A stretch of DNA of 64,000 nucleotides, taken from NCBI GenBank assembly GCA_951406725.2, contig OX597814.1:168640001-168704000 (forward strand), written 5' to 3'. The notes under the pieces are model-generated. The model made no database searches. It had not been told where the DNA came from and worked only from the letters and a program-made list of their open reading frames with translations. This document shows positions 51,456 through 64,000 of the stretch, piece after piece (position 1 is the stretch's first letter; each line of letters opens with the position of its first letter). The position numbers and the translations under genes are program-made. The DNA comes from Octopus vulgaris. Its lineage: Eukaryota.

Positions 51456-52585
51456 GAGCTCTAACTCGTCGGTATATATTCGGAAGTGCTGTTTTTTGGA
51501 TATTAATCTGTTCGATGACGCTTGGTCGAATGAATATCTTAATTATTAGTGCGCTCATATTTATAATTGAAATACTATTCAGAAGACGGAAATAAGTGAG
51601 TAAGGATAAATTTTATATCTCTTTAATCCAGAAACGCATATATAGTTGATTAAAGCCGGGTGGATTCGTTATTTTTTCTCTTTGCCTGCGTGAGTTGGGA
51701 GTATTGGTGTCTGGGAGATATCTTATGGTAGCAGAATAGTATTTAACTGCTATTTCTAAATTTCGGCATGTGGTAAAGCAAATTTGCTGAACTCTAATTC
51801 TAATTATGCTTATAATTATAGAATTTTTGTGCTTGTGTGTGTATACATACATACATACATACATATGTAGGTGAAGATGTTAATTAATCCATAGATTAAT
51901 TTGTATCCATTAGATCTCTCCGTTTTCAAACTTAATAATTACATATATATAATCCCTTCTTTCTCCTTTTCTCTTGGTCACTGATTCTGTCCCCTGCCTT
52001 CCACCCTCTTTGATTCCCTCTCTCTCTGTCTCTCTTTCTCTCTCTCTCTCCTGCAACCTGCTGCTTCTTAAACCATTCTGTTGGCCATCGTATCTCGACC
52101 AACATGTGTCCCCGCTACCGAAACGGTAATTATTTCTACGCCAGCTGCTATGTTGTTGTTGTTTCTGTCTCATTTGGTCTAAAGTCGTATGACAACCACC
52201 GTTATATATATTTTTGTTTATTCATTACTGTTTTCAATTTCGTTTTCGTCTCTTGTATTTACATCCGTCTTGTGCGTTCACATTCCTGTCTTCTACCAAG
52301 AAATCTAATGCTTACAGCTTAGTTTTTTTCTTGGGGCTGGCCGAGTTGGAGCAAATATCAGAATTGAACAGCCGAAATTTGCTATGATGATTCGGTGTCT
52401 GACTGAAGATTGAAGGCTTCGAATGATTTGTCTGTGTTCCGTGTTCGTCCCTTCCTGTATTTCACGTTCATTATATATAAAAACATTCATTCTTATATAT
52501 ATATATATATATCGATAGATAGATAGAGAGAGAGGGGGGGAGAAAGAGAGATTATTTTGAAATATTTACCAGCTACTTGTCATAG

Positions 52586-52963
52586 AAACAAGAGCACTCA
52601 GAGAGCGCAAACTTCCGCCAAGACAACATCAGCATCCTCTCAATGATTAACCGGAGACGATTTTTAAAATGAGAATATCTGAAATATATACGACTGCTCT
52701 CACAAACGAGAATACTAAAAATGAACCCGACCGCTCTCAAAAATTAAGTAATAAAAAAAAATACGGAAAAATAATCCAGAATCTTTGTCCGCTACCGGAT
52801 CGATCCCCAAATCTAATCAGTTCGTGCCAGTCACGAGGTCAGATATCTCTGAAAGTTTCATTTAAATCCATCCAGCGGTTCTTGAGATATCTTGTCCACA
52901 GAGAAACAAACAAACAAGCACGACTGAAAACAATACCTCCACCTTCGTTAGGGCGGAGGTAAT
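52586..52963. mobile_element. Helentron-associated non-autonomous element (HINE/DINE-like)
   Basis: Subterminal AC(T/C)TCC(G/A)CC near both ends, terminal hairpin TACCTCCACCTT cgtt AGGGCGGAGGTA, short (AAAC)n, no TSD. Confidence 0.65.
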
Positions 52964-54271
52964 AATATATCTATAACAGATTATGCCTCCGATTTCGCAG
53001 CAGAATATTACAGATCGAATTCTTCCTTCGGCATCTAACCGACAGATTTGTACGTGTGGTTTACAGGCTATTGATTCAACTCCAATATCTGACTGGTATA
53101 GATTTTCTCAATTCACAGAAAGGTGAAATTTTAAGTCAACTTCAGTGAGAATCTAACTCAAAACGTCGAGGGACAGAATTAAATAGCCAGACGTCCTTTC
53201 GCTTTTGTAATTCTACTTTCACTCCATCAGCTGAATTGAAATTTCTCATGGCTTCCTTTATTTACTTACTTTCTAGGAGCAGCACGAGCTGAAGCAGTAA
53301 TAATTATAATAATACTGCACCTGTTACCAGTTCACATTGAGATTATATGCTTACAAACTGGTTAGTTGCAGACATTGTAGGAATACACAGAGGACAGTTA
53401 TTCTCTTCGTATCTCAAGAAATTCTTCTGACTTCACTTCCATGTCTACCTAAGATTATTCCAGACAAACAGTATTCTTTTCCTCATTAGCCATAGTTTTC
53501 GATTTATAGAATCCAGTACTTTGCAGTTTGAAATGAATTTTCTTTTTTTATCCTTTTCTCAAAATAAATACTCGACGTTCCGAATAATATTCAGCACAGA
53601 CTAATAATTTGATACTCATAATTATTTAGGATTGTTAGAGGCAAACTTATCTTAGGATAATATTCCTTCTACTATAGGCACAATGAGACAGAAGAAATGC
53701 TTGCTAAAGATTTTGCCCGGCGTGATAACCATTTTGCCAGATTGCCACCTTGAGTTAAGATAAAAGTTAAGTTTAGCGTTTAGAGGCTGTGGTAGGGTTA
53801 AAGTTTGTGAGTGTACATGCGCTTGCACGTGTGTGTGTGTGTGTGTGTGTCTGTGTGTGTGTGTGCAATTTAGTACGTATACACCAAGAAAAAACTCTTA
53901 CCCGAGATATAATCCGAGTTAGTAATTTTTATTTTGATGTGTTTCGTGTGTGTAGAATAGCCAAAGTTTCTTGGCTAAATGAACGCCAAATTCTTTGTCC
54001 ATCTACGGTCAGTGAAATACATTAAGGCAGTGTTGGATTTAATATATATCAGCACGGTCTATATAATTCTACTGATGGTGTCTGCTCAAGTAATGAAGAC
54101 ACGAAATAACTGTGACCTAAGTTAGGATTTTAATTTTAAAAAACTACGAACATTATTACGTCACAAAGACAATGCAAATTATTACATCACAATCAAGCAT
54201 GCGCGCGCACACACAGACGCAGACATACACATAGTCACTCACACGCGCGGGCGCATCTCCGGTTGGATTTA

Positions 54272-54514
54272 TTTCTTTTATTGCCCACAAGGAGCTAAAC
54301 ATAGAGGGGACTGACAAGGACAGACAAGGACAGGCAAAGGGATTAAGTCGATTACATCGACCCCAGTGCGAAACTGGTATTTAATTTATCGACCCCGAAA
54401 GGATGAAAGGCAAACTCGACCTCGGCGGAATTTGAACTCAGGACGTAACGGCAGACGAAACACGGCTATGCATTTCGTCCGGCGTGCTAACGGTTCTGCC
54501 AGCTCGCCACCTTA
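54272..54514 (-). mobile_element. SINE family B
   Basis: 17-bp TSD ATCTCCGGTTGGATTTA at 54255-54271 and 54515-54531. Confidence 0.92.
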
Positions 54515-54953
54515 ATCTCCGGTTGGATTTACAAGCAAGATGGAAAAGTAAAGAAATAGGATCTTCTCTGCTGCTATCACAGTTTTCAATTGTTAAAATT
54601 TTGTTCCTGTTGTTTCCAAAGTTGGTGTATTGATATACGGCCTATATCGCCGACTATTACTATATGCTAAATGGTTTAAGAAGCATGTGTTGGCATGTCC
54701 CAACGTTTCATGCCACAGAAAAAAATTCGAATATGAATTAGCTTGCAGTAGGCTTTGTTCGGTACGTGACATTGAGAAGTCATAACTATGAGGGAACATC
54801 GATGTCTGTTGATCCGAAACGGGACCTGATGTGAGTTACCTCGATTGACTATGACTTACTTTCAGGTGTTTTTAACACCAAATGCATTGAGAATGTATTC
54901 TCTTACGCCTAAAACGCAACCGATCCACGAACTAACGACACACATCCTGTGTA

Positions 54954-55426
54954 CCGTAAATCCTCGAGTATAGTCCGCTCTTGAGTATAATACGCACGGG
55001 ATTTTTAGAGGGCTGTACCTCTGAAAAACCCAAACCTTGTGTATAATACGCACCCCTTCTCTAACTTGAGTCAAGGAGGTCTATATAACGTCCTTGGTTG
55101 TAAGAATGCATACGGCAACGTGTAGCTTTTTTGTGCATTTTGTTTGCAGAAAATAAAGAAATAACAGTAATAACGTTTAATAAATGTTGCATACTGCAAG
55201 TTATGGATGATTCTTTTATGACTTCATTGCTTTCAGGCTTAGCTTAAGGTACTTTCGCACCCGACATCACAAAATGCGTCTGAATAAACATTGCCGGACA
55301 GCAAACAGAGACTCGGACATTGTTTAGAAAATATCTTTCTGTTTAAACCTCGTATATAGTACGCACTAGGGATTTTGACCTTTAAATTTTGGGGGAAAAA
55401 TGCGGATTATACTCGAGGATTTACGG
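54954..55426. mobile_element. Pogo/Tc2-type MITE
   Basis: TA|CCGTAAATCCTCGAGTATAGTCCGC...GCGGATTATACTCGAGGATTTACGG|TA. Confidence 0.9.
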
Positions 55427-56147
55427 TATGTGTGTTAGATTTTGTTTATGTACCTCAAGCTGCTTCTTAAACCATTTAGCATATAGTCACAGTCGGCCGT
55501 ATAGCTTGTGTATGTCAATACACCAAACTTGGAAACAGCTGGAACGAAATTAAAATGATTGAAAACTGCGACAGCAACAGAGAATATCCCACTTCTTTAC
55601 TTTTCCATCTGGCTTGTAAATCCAACCGAAGATGTGTGTGTGTGTATGTGTGTGTGCATGTGTGCGCGCCTGCATGTTTGATTTATGTGTGTGTGTGTTG
55701 TCTTTATTGATTTGGTAATTTCTTTTTGGCTTACCCACTTTCTCCCGCTGCTCATTCTTCTCCCACTGTCTCTCTCACACACATAATACTCTGTCTCTGT
55801 CTGTCTCTCTTTCACACGCACATAGACACACGCACGCGTGATCTCATTATATCTAGGGATGGATGGATGGATAGATGGATGGATATAAATATATGTACTT
55901 GTGTGTGTATTTTATGTGACTTAGCATGCAGATACATACATTCTGATTTCCTCTTTCTCACTGTCTGTTTCTCCTCCACCCCTACCCACCATCACAAATA
56001 CTCCCTCAGATACATCGTAGAAGATTTCCATCAATTACATTGGCCTCTACTCAAGCGTTCAATGATATATCGCTTATATCCAATCCTTGTAAACACTTGT
56101 TCACATGAAAGATGTGTAGACATGGAATTCCTATGTGTAGGTACACG

Positions 56148-56192
<45 letters not shown>

Positions 56193-56465
56193 CGCAGGAC
56201 ACATACATAAGCACACAATCAGGCAAGCAAACATACACGCATATAAACAAACACACAAACTGTGATACATACGTGTTTACTCAAGTGTTCGAGCTAATAT
56301 GTATGTACGTATCTATGTACGTACGTACGTACGTATGTATGTATTTGTGTGTACGAATGTGCGTATGTATGTGTATCAATCCATCTATACATACATTCAC
56401 ATGCACGCGAGCACACACGCACACACACATACACACACTTGCCTTTTATCATGCTAAGCAATATA

Positions 56466-56508
<43 letters not shown>

Positions 56509-56673
56509 AATTGAGATAGGGGTTGCAAATTCAACCCACCATGGGATAACAGTGGTTCAATAAAGTATATGATTGGGCATTATCTGGTAGTTGATAAATG
56601 ATTTAGATGTATTTCTCCATTTTCTTATTTTGTATATATATATATATATATATATAATTCTTAATTATAAATA

Positions 56674-56931
56674 CTAGCAGAAAACCGCCCAGAGAGCGGT
56701 CTCGATATTATTTCTACATTTGATTCCTACTTCTACTAATTTTTATGATATTTTACGTCTAATTATTTCTGTGTATAATAGTGCTCACTTCCTTAGTAAA
56801 TATTGCTTTCATTATTTTATCAGTCATAATCTCTCTTTTTTAAAGAGTCAATCTATTATATATATTTATCATTAATAACTGGTAGAACTTACATTAATAA
56901 TTGGTAGAACTTACATAGGTGTGCATAGATT

Positions 56932-57026
<95 letters not shown>

Positions 57027-58445
57027 GCATACATGCATGGATAGATGGAGGGATACACACACTCACACACACAAAAGCCTGGTGCTGTGAGAATACATGA
57101 GAATGACGTTTCCTGACTTTTTCAAATATACTAAAATTTTAAATGATCTAATATAACGATATCATTCATTTGACATGTATTGAAACATGCCAAAACGGTT
57201 TAATCTCACACAAATATATATTACTTTGCATATGATTTATGTGATAATTCTATTTACTGAAACTTGCTAAAAAGTACGTTTTGCTTTAAAGTAGTATCTC
57301 CTTGTAGACACAATTGTCAGTAATCATACTGTTTCCATATCTCTCAGTCAATATTTTTACATTAGCCTTCTTTCGAACTCTAGATAATGCAACATACAGT
57401 TGACCATGTAAGAAGTCGGAAGACATATTCCAATTTGTTCGAAAGTCTGTCCCTGTGCCTTGTTCCACGTCAAGGCAAAAGTTGGCTTGACAGGAAATTG
57501 TTTGCGTGTAAATGTGAAATGAAATTCCATTTCTTGAGATATATGTGGTATTCTTGGGATTAGCAGAGTTGATCCCGCAAAAGGACCAGAAGCAACTTCA
57601 GCCTCAATAACATGATCATGTAAACTGACAATGATGTAGTGTGTGCCATGAAAAGCGGCGAGCTGGCAGAAACGTTAGCACGCCGGGCGAAATGCTCAGC
57701 GGTATTTCGTCTGTTTTTACATTCTGAGTTCAAATTCCGCCGAAGTCGACTTTGCCTTTCATCCTTTCAGGGTCGATTAAATAAATACCAGTTACGCACT
57801 GGGGTCGATATAATCGACTTAATCCGCTTGTCTGTCCTTGTTTGTCCCCTCTGTGTTTAGCCCTTTGTGGGTAGTAAAGAAATAGATATAGTGTGTGCCA
57901 TTGCAATGTCCATTAGTAGCATCTAAATTTCTCAGACGCATTATGCATAATTTTTTCTTCAATTTGAGAATGTGTGGTGGAGACCCTGATGATGTAAGTT
58001 TGTTGATGAACTCGATTGGGTACCGAGTTTCATTATCAACTGTATCTGAGCTTCTGTATATATATTTTTAGCTCACAAGGGATCCTGATCAACAGAAAAT
58101 CATTCACAAGTTGTACTGCTTCATTTGTTGGAGTAACGATGGCTCAATTTGCAAGCTACACAGGGTTTGAGAAGTTATTTTTGAGGTCTGCATATATAAA
58201 ATCACATAGATCTGATAGAGTACCACTTTCGAGGCAAAAGTCATTGGGTAGTTTGATTTTGAATTCACCTAGGCTTTGTTCAACAGAAACGTTACCATTT
58301 CCTACATCAAGAAGGTAATTAGCAAACTCTCTTTCATCAGAATGACCTTCTGTAAGAAGTCTTAGATTGGTTGTCAACTCCACTACTTCCACATGATCGC
58401 AAAGAAAAAATCTCTTAAGTGTTGCATCAACAATTTGTGATCTGA
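56674..58445 (-). mobile_element. Helitron 3' portion (PIF1 helicase relic plus canonical 3' terminus)
   Basis: LTTNLR..FANYLLDVGNG, AIVTPTNEAV, SGSPPHILKLK..RNLDATNGHCNGT, LIPRI..RKQFPVKPTFALTWNKAQGQT, HGQLYVALSRV..NCVYKEIL*. End GACCGCTC tct GGGCGGTT ttctg CTAG|T. Confidence 0.92.
57650..57888 (+). mobile_element. SINE family B inserted in the Helitron helicase
   Basis: 13-bp TSD TAGTGTGTGCCAT at 57637-57649 and 57889-57901. Confidence 0.92.
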
Positions 58446-58453
58446 CACATATC

Positions 58454-58509
<56 letters not shown>

Positions 58510-58565
58510 TTATATATATATAAAACATAAACGTGTCAGATCTTGTTTACACGTGGTTGTAGATA

Positions 58566-58850
58566 TTTAAGAAATAAAAATTTGTAAAAATACACAGGAG
58601 GTTTGTATGATAAAATTTATGCTAATATTAATATCATAATGAAACAAAAAGTTGCAACAACAAAAATGGCGTCCTCATGAGTTAAAACTGAGACTTAGGA
58701 AGTTCGATAAGCATAAGACGCGAACCGGTACTCCCAGTTTATTTTATTATGTGTTGTAATACAACTCTTTGTTTCATTTTGATATTAATATTAGCATAAA
58801 TTTTATTATACAAACCTCCTGTGCGTTTTTACATATTTTTCTTTCTTAAA
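58566..58850. repeat. Inverted repeat (~90-bp arms) around an HHR-like relic
   Basis: CACAGGAGGTTTGTATGATAAAATTTATGCTAATATTAATATC vs GATATTAATATTAGCATAAATTTTATTATACAAACCTCCTGTG. Confidence 0.85.
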
Positions 58851-58856
58851 AAGAAA

Positions 58857-58889
<33 letters not shown>

Positions 58890-59080
58890 TGTATGTATGT
58901 ATGTATGTATGTATGTATGTATGTATGTATGTATGTATGTATGTATGTATGTATGTATGTATGTATGTATGTATGTATGTATGTATGTATGTATGTATGT
59001 ATGTATGTGTGTGTGTGTGTGTGTGCGTGTGTGTGTATATATGTATATATGCATATATATATATATTATTTATATATATA

Positions 59081-60228
59081 CAGAGCTGGGTGTAAGTCCA
59101 TTAATCCGTTAATCGTTAATTAACGAAGTTAACATTTTCGTTAACAATTTGACTTTCAAGTTAACTTTGAAAATCATTATCGGACTAATTAACTTCCATT
59201 ACATTTAGCTTCCGTTAACTAAAGCCCGTTAATCCCAAAATTTCATAAAAACCGGTAAACATTTAAAAGGCCAAAAAAGCTGATTTTATGGTTTTGGCGC
59301 TTTTTAACACTTCAGTGTTTAAACCGGCCAAAATCCGTTCGTATCTAATTCCTCTACGAAATCTTTTAAAAGATAAACAAATCACGTTAGTGAATTCCCG
59401 TAGCTTTGAGATAATGTCAGGGTTTTTCTTCCACAAAGCACAGAACTGGGGAAAAAAGCAAAAGTAACTGACGTGGATGTCAACAGAGAAAATATTGACT
59501 TTCATCAAGTGGAAAAATAAATGGCAGGAAAAAAGTTGGTAAGTATTTTCGGTATGAACGCAAATAGCCGTTACGTGTGGTAGCAGGACATGCTAGAAAT
59601 AACAATCAAATCTTTCCTTTTCTTGAAAAAGAAGCCGTTTATGCGTGATTTCGATGTCACATTCGTTGAAAGCATACAAAATAACCTAGTAAAAACGCCG
59701 CGGAAAAAAACTTCGAGGTCCCCATCACCTTTTCTACCTTTCTTTTCCGGAAAAAAAGTGGCTTGCGACGAGTTTGGAGGTCAGATACATTGAATGCACC
59801 CGAAAAAAAAAAAAAACTGTGGAAAATATTATTCCACACCGAGGTACGAAATATTTAGCGAAAGAATAAAACCATGTACCGATTATATATGTATTTTAAT
59901 TAATTCAAATTAATGTAGCTCATCTTGAAAAGTGGCAAAATTTTTGTCGGTTGCCATCTGGGATAATTTTAGTAACAAATCAAACAGGTAAGATGCATTA
60001 ATAATTTCAAATTTAGTGTTCACCCATACATGCAATTTATAGGATATAAGCGATTATTTGGTGAAAATTTCGTTAAAAAGTATCCATTTTTCTGGAATTA
60101 TGAAGCAACAAAGTCGGTGGGTTATTAAACTGTAGTTACGCTTTTTTCAATAAAAGTTCACGTCAACGGATAAATAAATGATTAACAAAGTTAACTTTTT
60201 GATTATAACGAAGTTAAATTTTCGATTA
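59081..60228. mobile_element. Possible non-autonomous hAT-like element
   Basis: Starts CAGAGCTGGG with clustered GTTAAC/CGTTAA subterminal motifs at both ends. The right TIR is not found. Confidence 0.4.
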
Positions 60229-60984
60229 TATATATCTGTCCCCCTCCCTTCTTTCTGGTTTCCTTTTCTTCTACTTTAATTTCTCTCCCTCCCTCTCTTT
60301 CATTCTTCATTCTTTCTGGTTTTCTCTACAACCATTCCTCTTTTTTCTCTCCCCTTCCCTTTCTCTTACTTCTCCTCCCCTGTCCCGTCGCTGGTCAGCG
60401 ATGAGGAAACTACTGTCTTTTCTGACCTTCCTTCACTCGAGTGCAGACAGCATTTTCTGTGGCTCCTTCGCCGTTCTCAAAAATAGCGTTCGTAATATTT
60501 TATCTCGTTCGGCTTAACAGCCCTTCTTGTTTGTGTTACTGTCATTTTCCTTGTCCTGTATTTTACTGTTTATATTTTGTACTGCCGTTACTGTCCTGTT
60601 TTTGTTACCATTTTTACCCCTCCGCGAAAAAATCTCAAATTTCATTTAATTTGCTTTTCTCCGGAAGGAATGTTTCAGTGGAAGTCGCGTCTCGCCTTCA
60701 CCTTCGAAACGCGAAGTAGATGAAACCATGGCGACTGAAGAAGGGTAATTTTCCTTGTGTTATTTGTCCTGTACTCTATTTTTTCATTGTTTAAGAAAAA
60801 TGTCCAGTAACTTGGTTTTCTGTTTATGTTTTCGTTTCTCATTGTGTTCGACGTTTTTTTTTTTTTGGTGTCTTGTACCCATATATATATATATATATGC
60901 ATGTACATATAGATGTAGATGTAGGTACGTACATATATGTATGTATATATGCATATGTTTTATTTTTTAATTTGGTATATATAT

Positions 60985-61205
60985 ATAGTTAATCCAAACA
61001 TGAAAATACAAAGAGAAAACACAACAACGTGGGGACGTGGAACAAGTATAGTGTTATTGGACGCTCAGGAAAGGAAAGAAAGAAAGAAAGAAAGATTTAA
61101 CATTTCGAGTGGAGCTCTTCATCAGGAACATAGGAAAAGGAAAGATTCAAGGAAGAGAAGACGGGGGGGGGGGGGAATCGCCAACGGTACACACGCGGTC
61201 ACATC
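60985..61205 (-). mobile_element. PLE pLTR-like repeat with degenerate minimal HHR (61096-61129)
   Basis: Minus strand CTGATGA-AGAGCTCCACTC-GAAA-TG-TT. A partial opposite-strand copy lies at 25578-25678. Confidence 0.55.
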
Positions 61206-61233
61206 AATGAGAAATGAAGATGTACAGTTGTCA

Positions 61234-61320
61234 AATCATTACGGCCATTTCAAGCCACTCCTTTAATTGATTAATAAAAATATTACATCATTAGAAAGAA
61301 ACCATTCTCGTCAGATGACC
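61234..61320 (-). ncRNA. Type I hammerhead ribozyme (sense pLTR)
   Basis: GGTCAT-CTGACGA-GA...TT-GAAA-TGGCCG-TA-ATGATT. Intact core, GUA triplet, imperfect base of stem II. Confidence 0.65.
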
Positions 61321-62081
61321 GCATAGACTTCAAACATAGGGGATGAAACCACTGCTTTAACATATTCATAGCAATAATGGAACTCAAAATATTTACATTG
61401 TTTCTGTTGTCATATCCCTGGCAGAAAGAGTTTAGAAAGTAATGCATGCCTTGTCAAGTCTATTATAATTTAGAGAGTAGCAGAGGAAATAGTGGAGCTA
61501 AGGAGAAAAAGAGTAGTGACCTAGTTACTTACACTTGGAAGAGAATACGAAGAATGTAGTCTTCAACCCTCTAGAATCAAATCTATTGGGAGTTATCAAC
61601 TGTATTCTAATTAATGGTGATAAATCAATTAATGTCAGAAAATCTACTAAACTCTCTATATACTGCAACCATATATCCAGCTTTGCCTACGCAAAAGTGT
61701 AGGGTGTGGAATAGTAATAACGGAATGCCTGATGGAGAAGGGATGATAATTGAAAGAAAGAAGGATAGGAAGAGCCAATACTTATTTTGATTATCATATT
61801 AAAGGGAAAGATAATGAAAAAACCCAAAGGGATACGTAATATAAATTTAGGGGTAGAATTTAAAATCAGAGAATAAGGGAGGTGTTATATTATAACTTAG
61901 CAAATTTGTAATGTTAAAGCGAGAACATATAATCAATATATAGAAGGTTAGAAATTAAATTTAGAACTTAATAATGGGATACTTTAATATTTAAGAAAAA
62001 ATATATTAAGACTTTTTATAAACATAGAGTATAGAAGATAATGGTACAAATATTCTATAATGAATATACAACGGAATTAAA

Positions 62082-62311
62082 AGGCGGCGAGCTGGTAGAA
62101 TCGTTAGCACGCCGGGCGAAATGCGTCGCCGTATTTCGTCTGCCGTTACGTTCTGAGTTCAAATTCCGCTGAGGTCGACTTTGCATTTCATCCTTTCGGG
62201 GTCGATAAATTAAGTACCAGTTACGCACTGGGGTCGATGTAATCGACTTAATCCGTTTGTCTGTCCTTGTTTGTGCCCTCTATGTTTAGCCTCTTGTGGG
62301 TAATAAGAAAC
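62082..62311 (+). mobile_element. SINE family B
   Basis: AGGCGGCGAGCTGGTAGAA head, GAGTTCAAATTCC B box. TSD AACGGAATTAAA at 62070 and 62318. Confidence 0.92.
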
Positions 62312-63679
62312 ATATATAACGGAATTAAATTATCTTATAAATAGAAACTTATATTATACGTTTAACTAATATACGAATTATTCGCTTCATTACGGGAGAA
62401 TCGATATAAGATTTCGTAAGAAATGGCATCCAATATATGGTTCAATTAAATTAGCGATATTTCAAATATATAAGGGAGTATATTTAGATAGCATATTTAA
62501 ACAAATTTGGGCATATAAACACTTAATGATTATACTGCATGATTAAAAATATAAAATAAGAATTCACATATACAATGAATTATAAAAAAATCTTATAAGT
62601 CGTCAAAAACATTTTATAAATTATAAACACTATGAAAGTGTAAAAAAGGATATAAAAACGTATAAAAATACCAAATATGAAATATAGCTATTTATAAAAT
62701 ATGTGTAATTACAAATATAATAATATAATAATATAATATTAGATTGAACAGTGATTTATATGAAAAGAAATTATAAACTACCAAGCGATTTATAAGCTAT
62801 AAAAGCTACTCAAATGTATAAGAAGGTATATAATTGCATAAACATTTAATAATATAAAATATAAGAACAAAGTTCTTTAAAAAAAACGTTTTACAAAATG
62901 ATATAAAAGGTATAAAAGAGATATAAATAAGGATATAGAATAAAATGAAATAAGGACTATTTTATAATGATATTGGTATATAGAAAAAATTTCCTAGACA
63001 TATTATTATTATTAATGCAATATAAAATAAAATATATGTGTCAAATATTAACGGAAATAAAATTCCCTTTGGAAATGGGATTATAAAATATTTCTAAAAT
63101 ACATCAAAGACAATGAACTAGATAGAAAGCTAACAGATCTTAGAGAATATATTTTATGCTTAGGAGAGGTGCGAAATTTATTAATCGATTACAAAATGTA
63201 TGTTATACTAACTATGAGGGGTAAATACATATTGTAATTATTGAAAGTTTATAGATCAAAGAGGCTAAAAGTCACTAGAAAGCATTATTGAATAGGTTTC
63301 GAGCTAATAGAGGGTATGCTATAAATGATATGGCACCCCGATAAACTCGAGCTACAAAGGTGCAGTATGAGATACTTATTATTACCTGCATTTAAATTAT
63401 TTAAAGGTACGTGTAATCCTATGAAGACATTACACTCTGAGATCTTATTTAGTATTAAGTTTTGTTTATCTCTATATTTGAATATTTCATATATCTCCAT
63501 ACAGCATAGCTTACATCCATACCGGCCATTTGTGCATAGTTGAGCTTTAGCACTATATCCTACTTTAGTTTGAATTTAATATTATTATCTTTGAGTTCCA
63601 AGATTTTCGTACATTATGAGGTTCTGCTGGCTCTACGACTAAGTCTAAAGGACGAAAAAATGGCCATTCAAGCATCTTT

Positions 63680-63760
63680 TCATCTAACGAGAACGGTCTC
63701 TTTCAAATGATGTAATATTTTCATTAATTAAAGGAGCAGCTTGAAACAGCCGTAATACAT
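63680..63760 (+). ncRNA. Inactivated hammerhead copy (inverted pLTR)
   Basis: TCAT-CTAACGA...-GAAA-CAGCCG-TA-AT. G5A substitution in the core. Confidence 0.5.
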
Positions 63761-64000
63761 TGACACCTGTACATCTTCGTTATTAATTTATATTTTATTC
63801 AACTACATTGGAAGCAGCACTCAGAAATACTATAGAAAGTATTTATATATAAAGTAAATGTCTGAACAACCAAGAGCGAATCTCTTCATTTCTGTGGGTT
63901 GTGTTGTCTGTACACACGGAAGGGACATCAGGTGCAAGCACTCCTGCATAAAGTTTTGATACTTAATATTCAATTAATATTGTTTATGTGCGCGGATTAC

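Larger units (their letters stand above)
54165..55705. mobile_element. Fold-back element with long (>250 bp) diverged inverted arms
   Basis: 54515-54690 is the reverse complement of 55460-55635. Similarity continues through AATCAAGCATGC/GCATGTTTGATT. Boundaries approximate. Confidence 0.75.
61213..63781 (-). mobile_element. 5'-truncated Naiad-like PLE bounded by inverted HHR-bearing termini
   Basis: 61213-61319 and 63680-63781 are inverted copies. Minus-strand CTNGRYGCKLCCMEIYEI...ILNKISE (GIY-YIG C-terminus) near 63420-63540. Long AT-rich 3' region. Confidence 0.75.

Overview
Repeat-saturated, AT-rich eukaryotic DNA. The SINE families and microsatellite density suggest a coleoid cephalopod, probably Octopus (inference). 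I recognise no host protein-coding exon, and most ORFs in the supplied track are microsatellite translations. The real coding remnants are all from transposable elements: four Penelope-like (PLE) RT/GIY-YIG fragments, two CR1-type and one RTE LINE fragments, a 1.7-kb ORF1-only (zinc-knuckle) retroelement with a 15-bp TSD, mariner, maT/Tc1 and hAT transposase relics, and two Helitron helicase pieces. Many tRNA-derived SINEs and MITEs lie between them. The main signal the ORF track does not explain is RNA structure: about 15 type I hammerhead-ribozyme (HHR) motifs found by eye, about 9 with an intact or compensated catalytic core. Highlights: (1) a 355-nt tandem, rod-like retrozyme candidate with a compensatory U3-A8 core variant (10257-10886); (2) a second 328-nt HHR unit into which the ORF1-only element inserted immediately upstream of the ribozyme; (3) PLE copies with inverted HHR-bearing termini; (4) a 4-copy ~335-bp array carrying a long fold-back. 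All structures were derived by manual pairing and need computational and biochemical confirmation.
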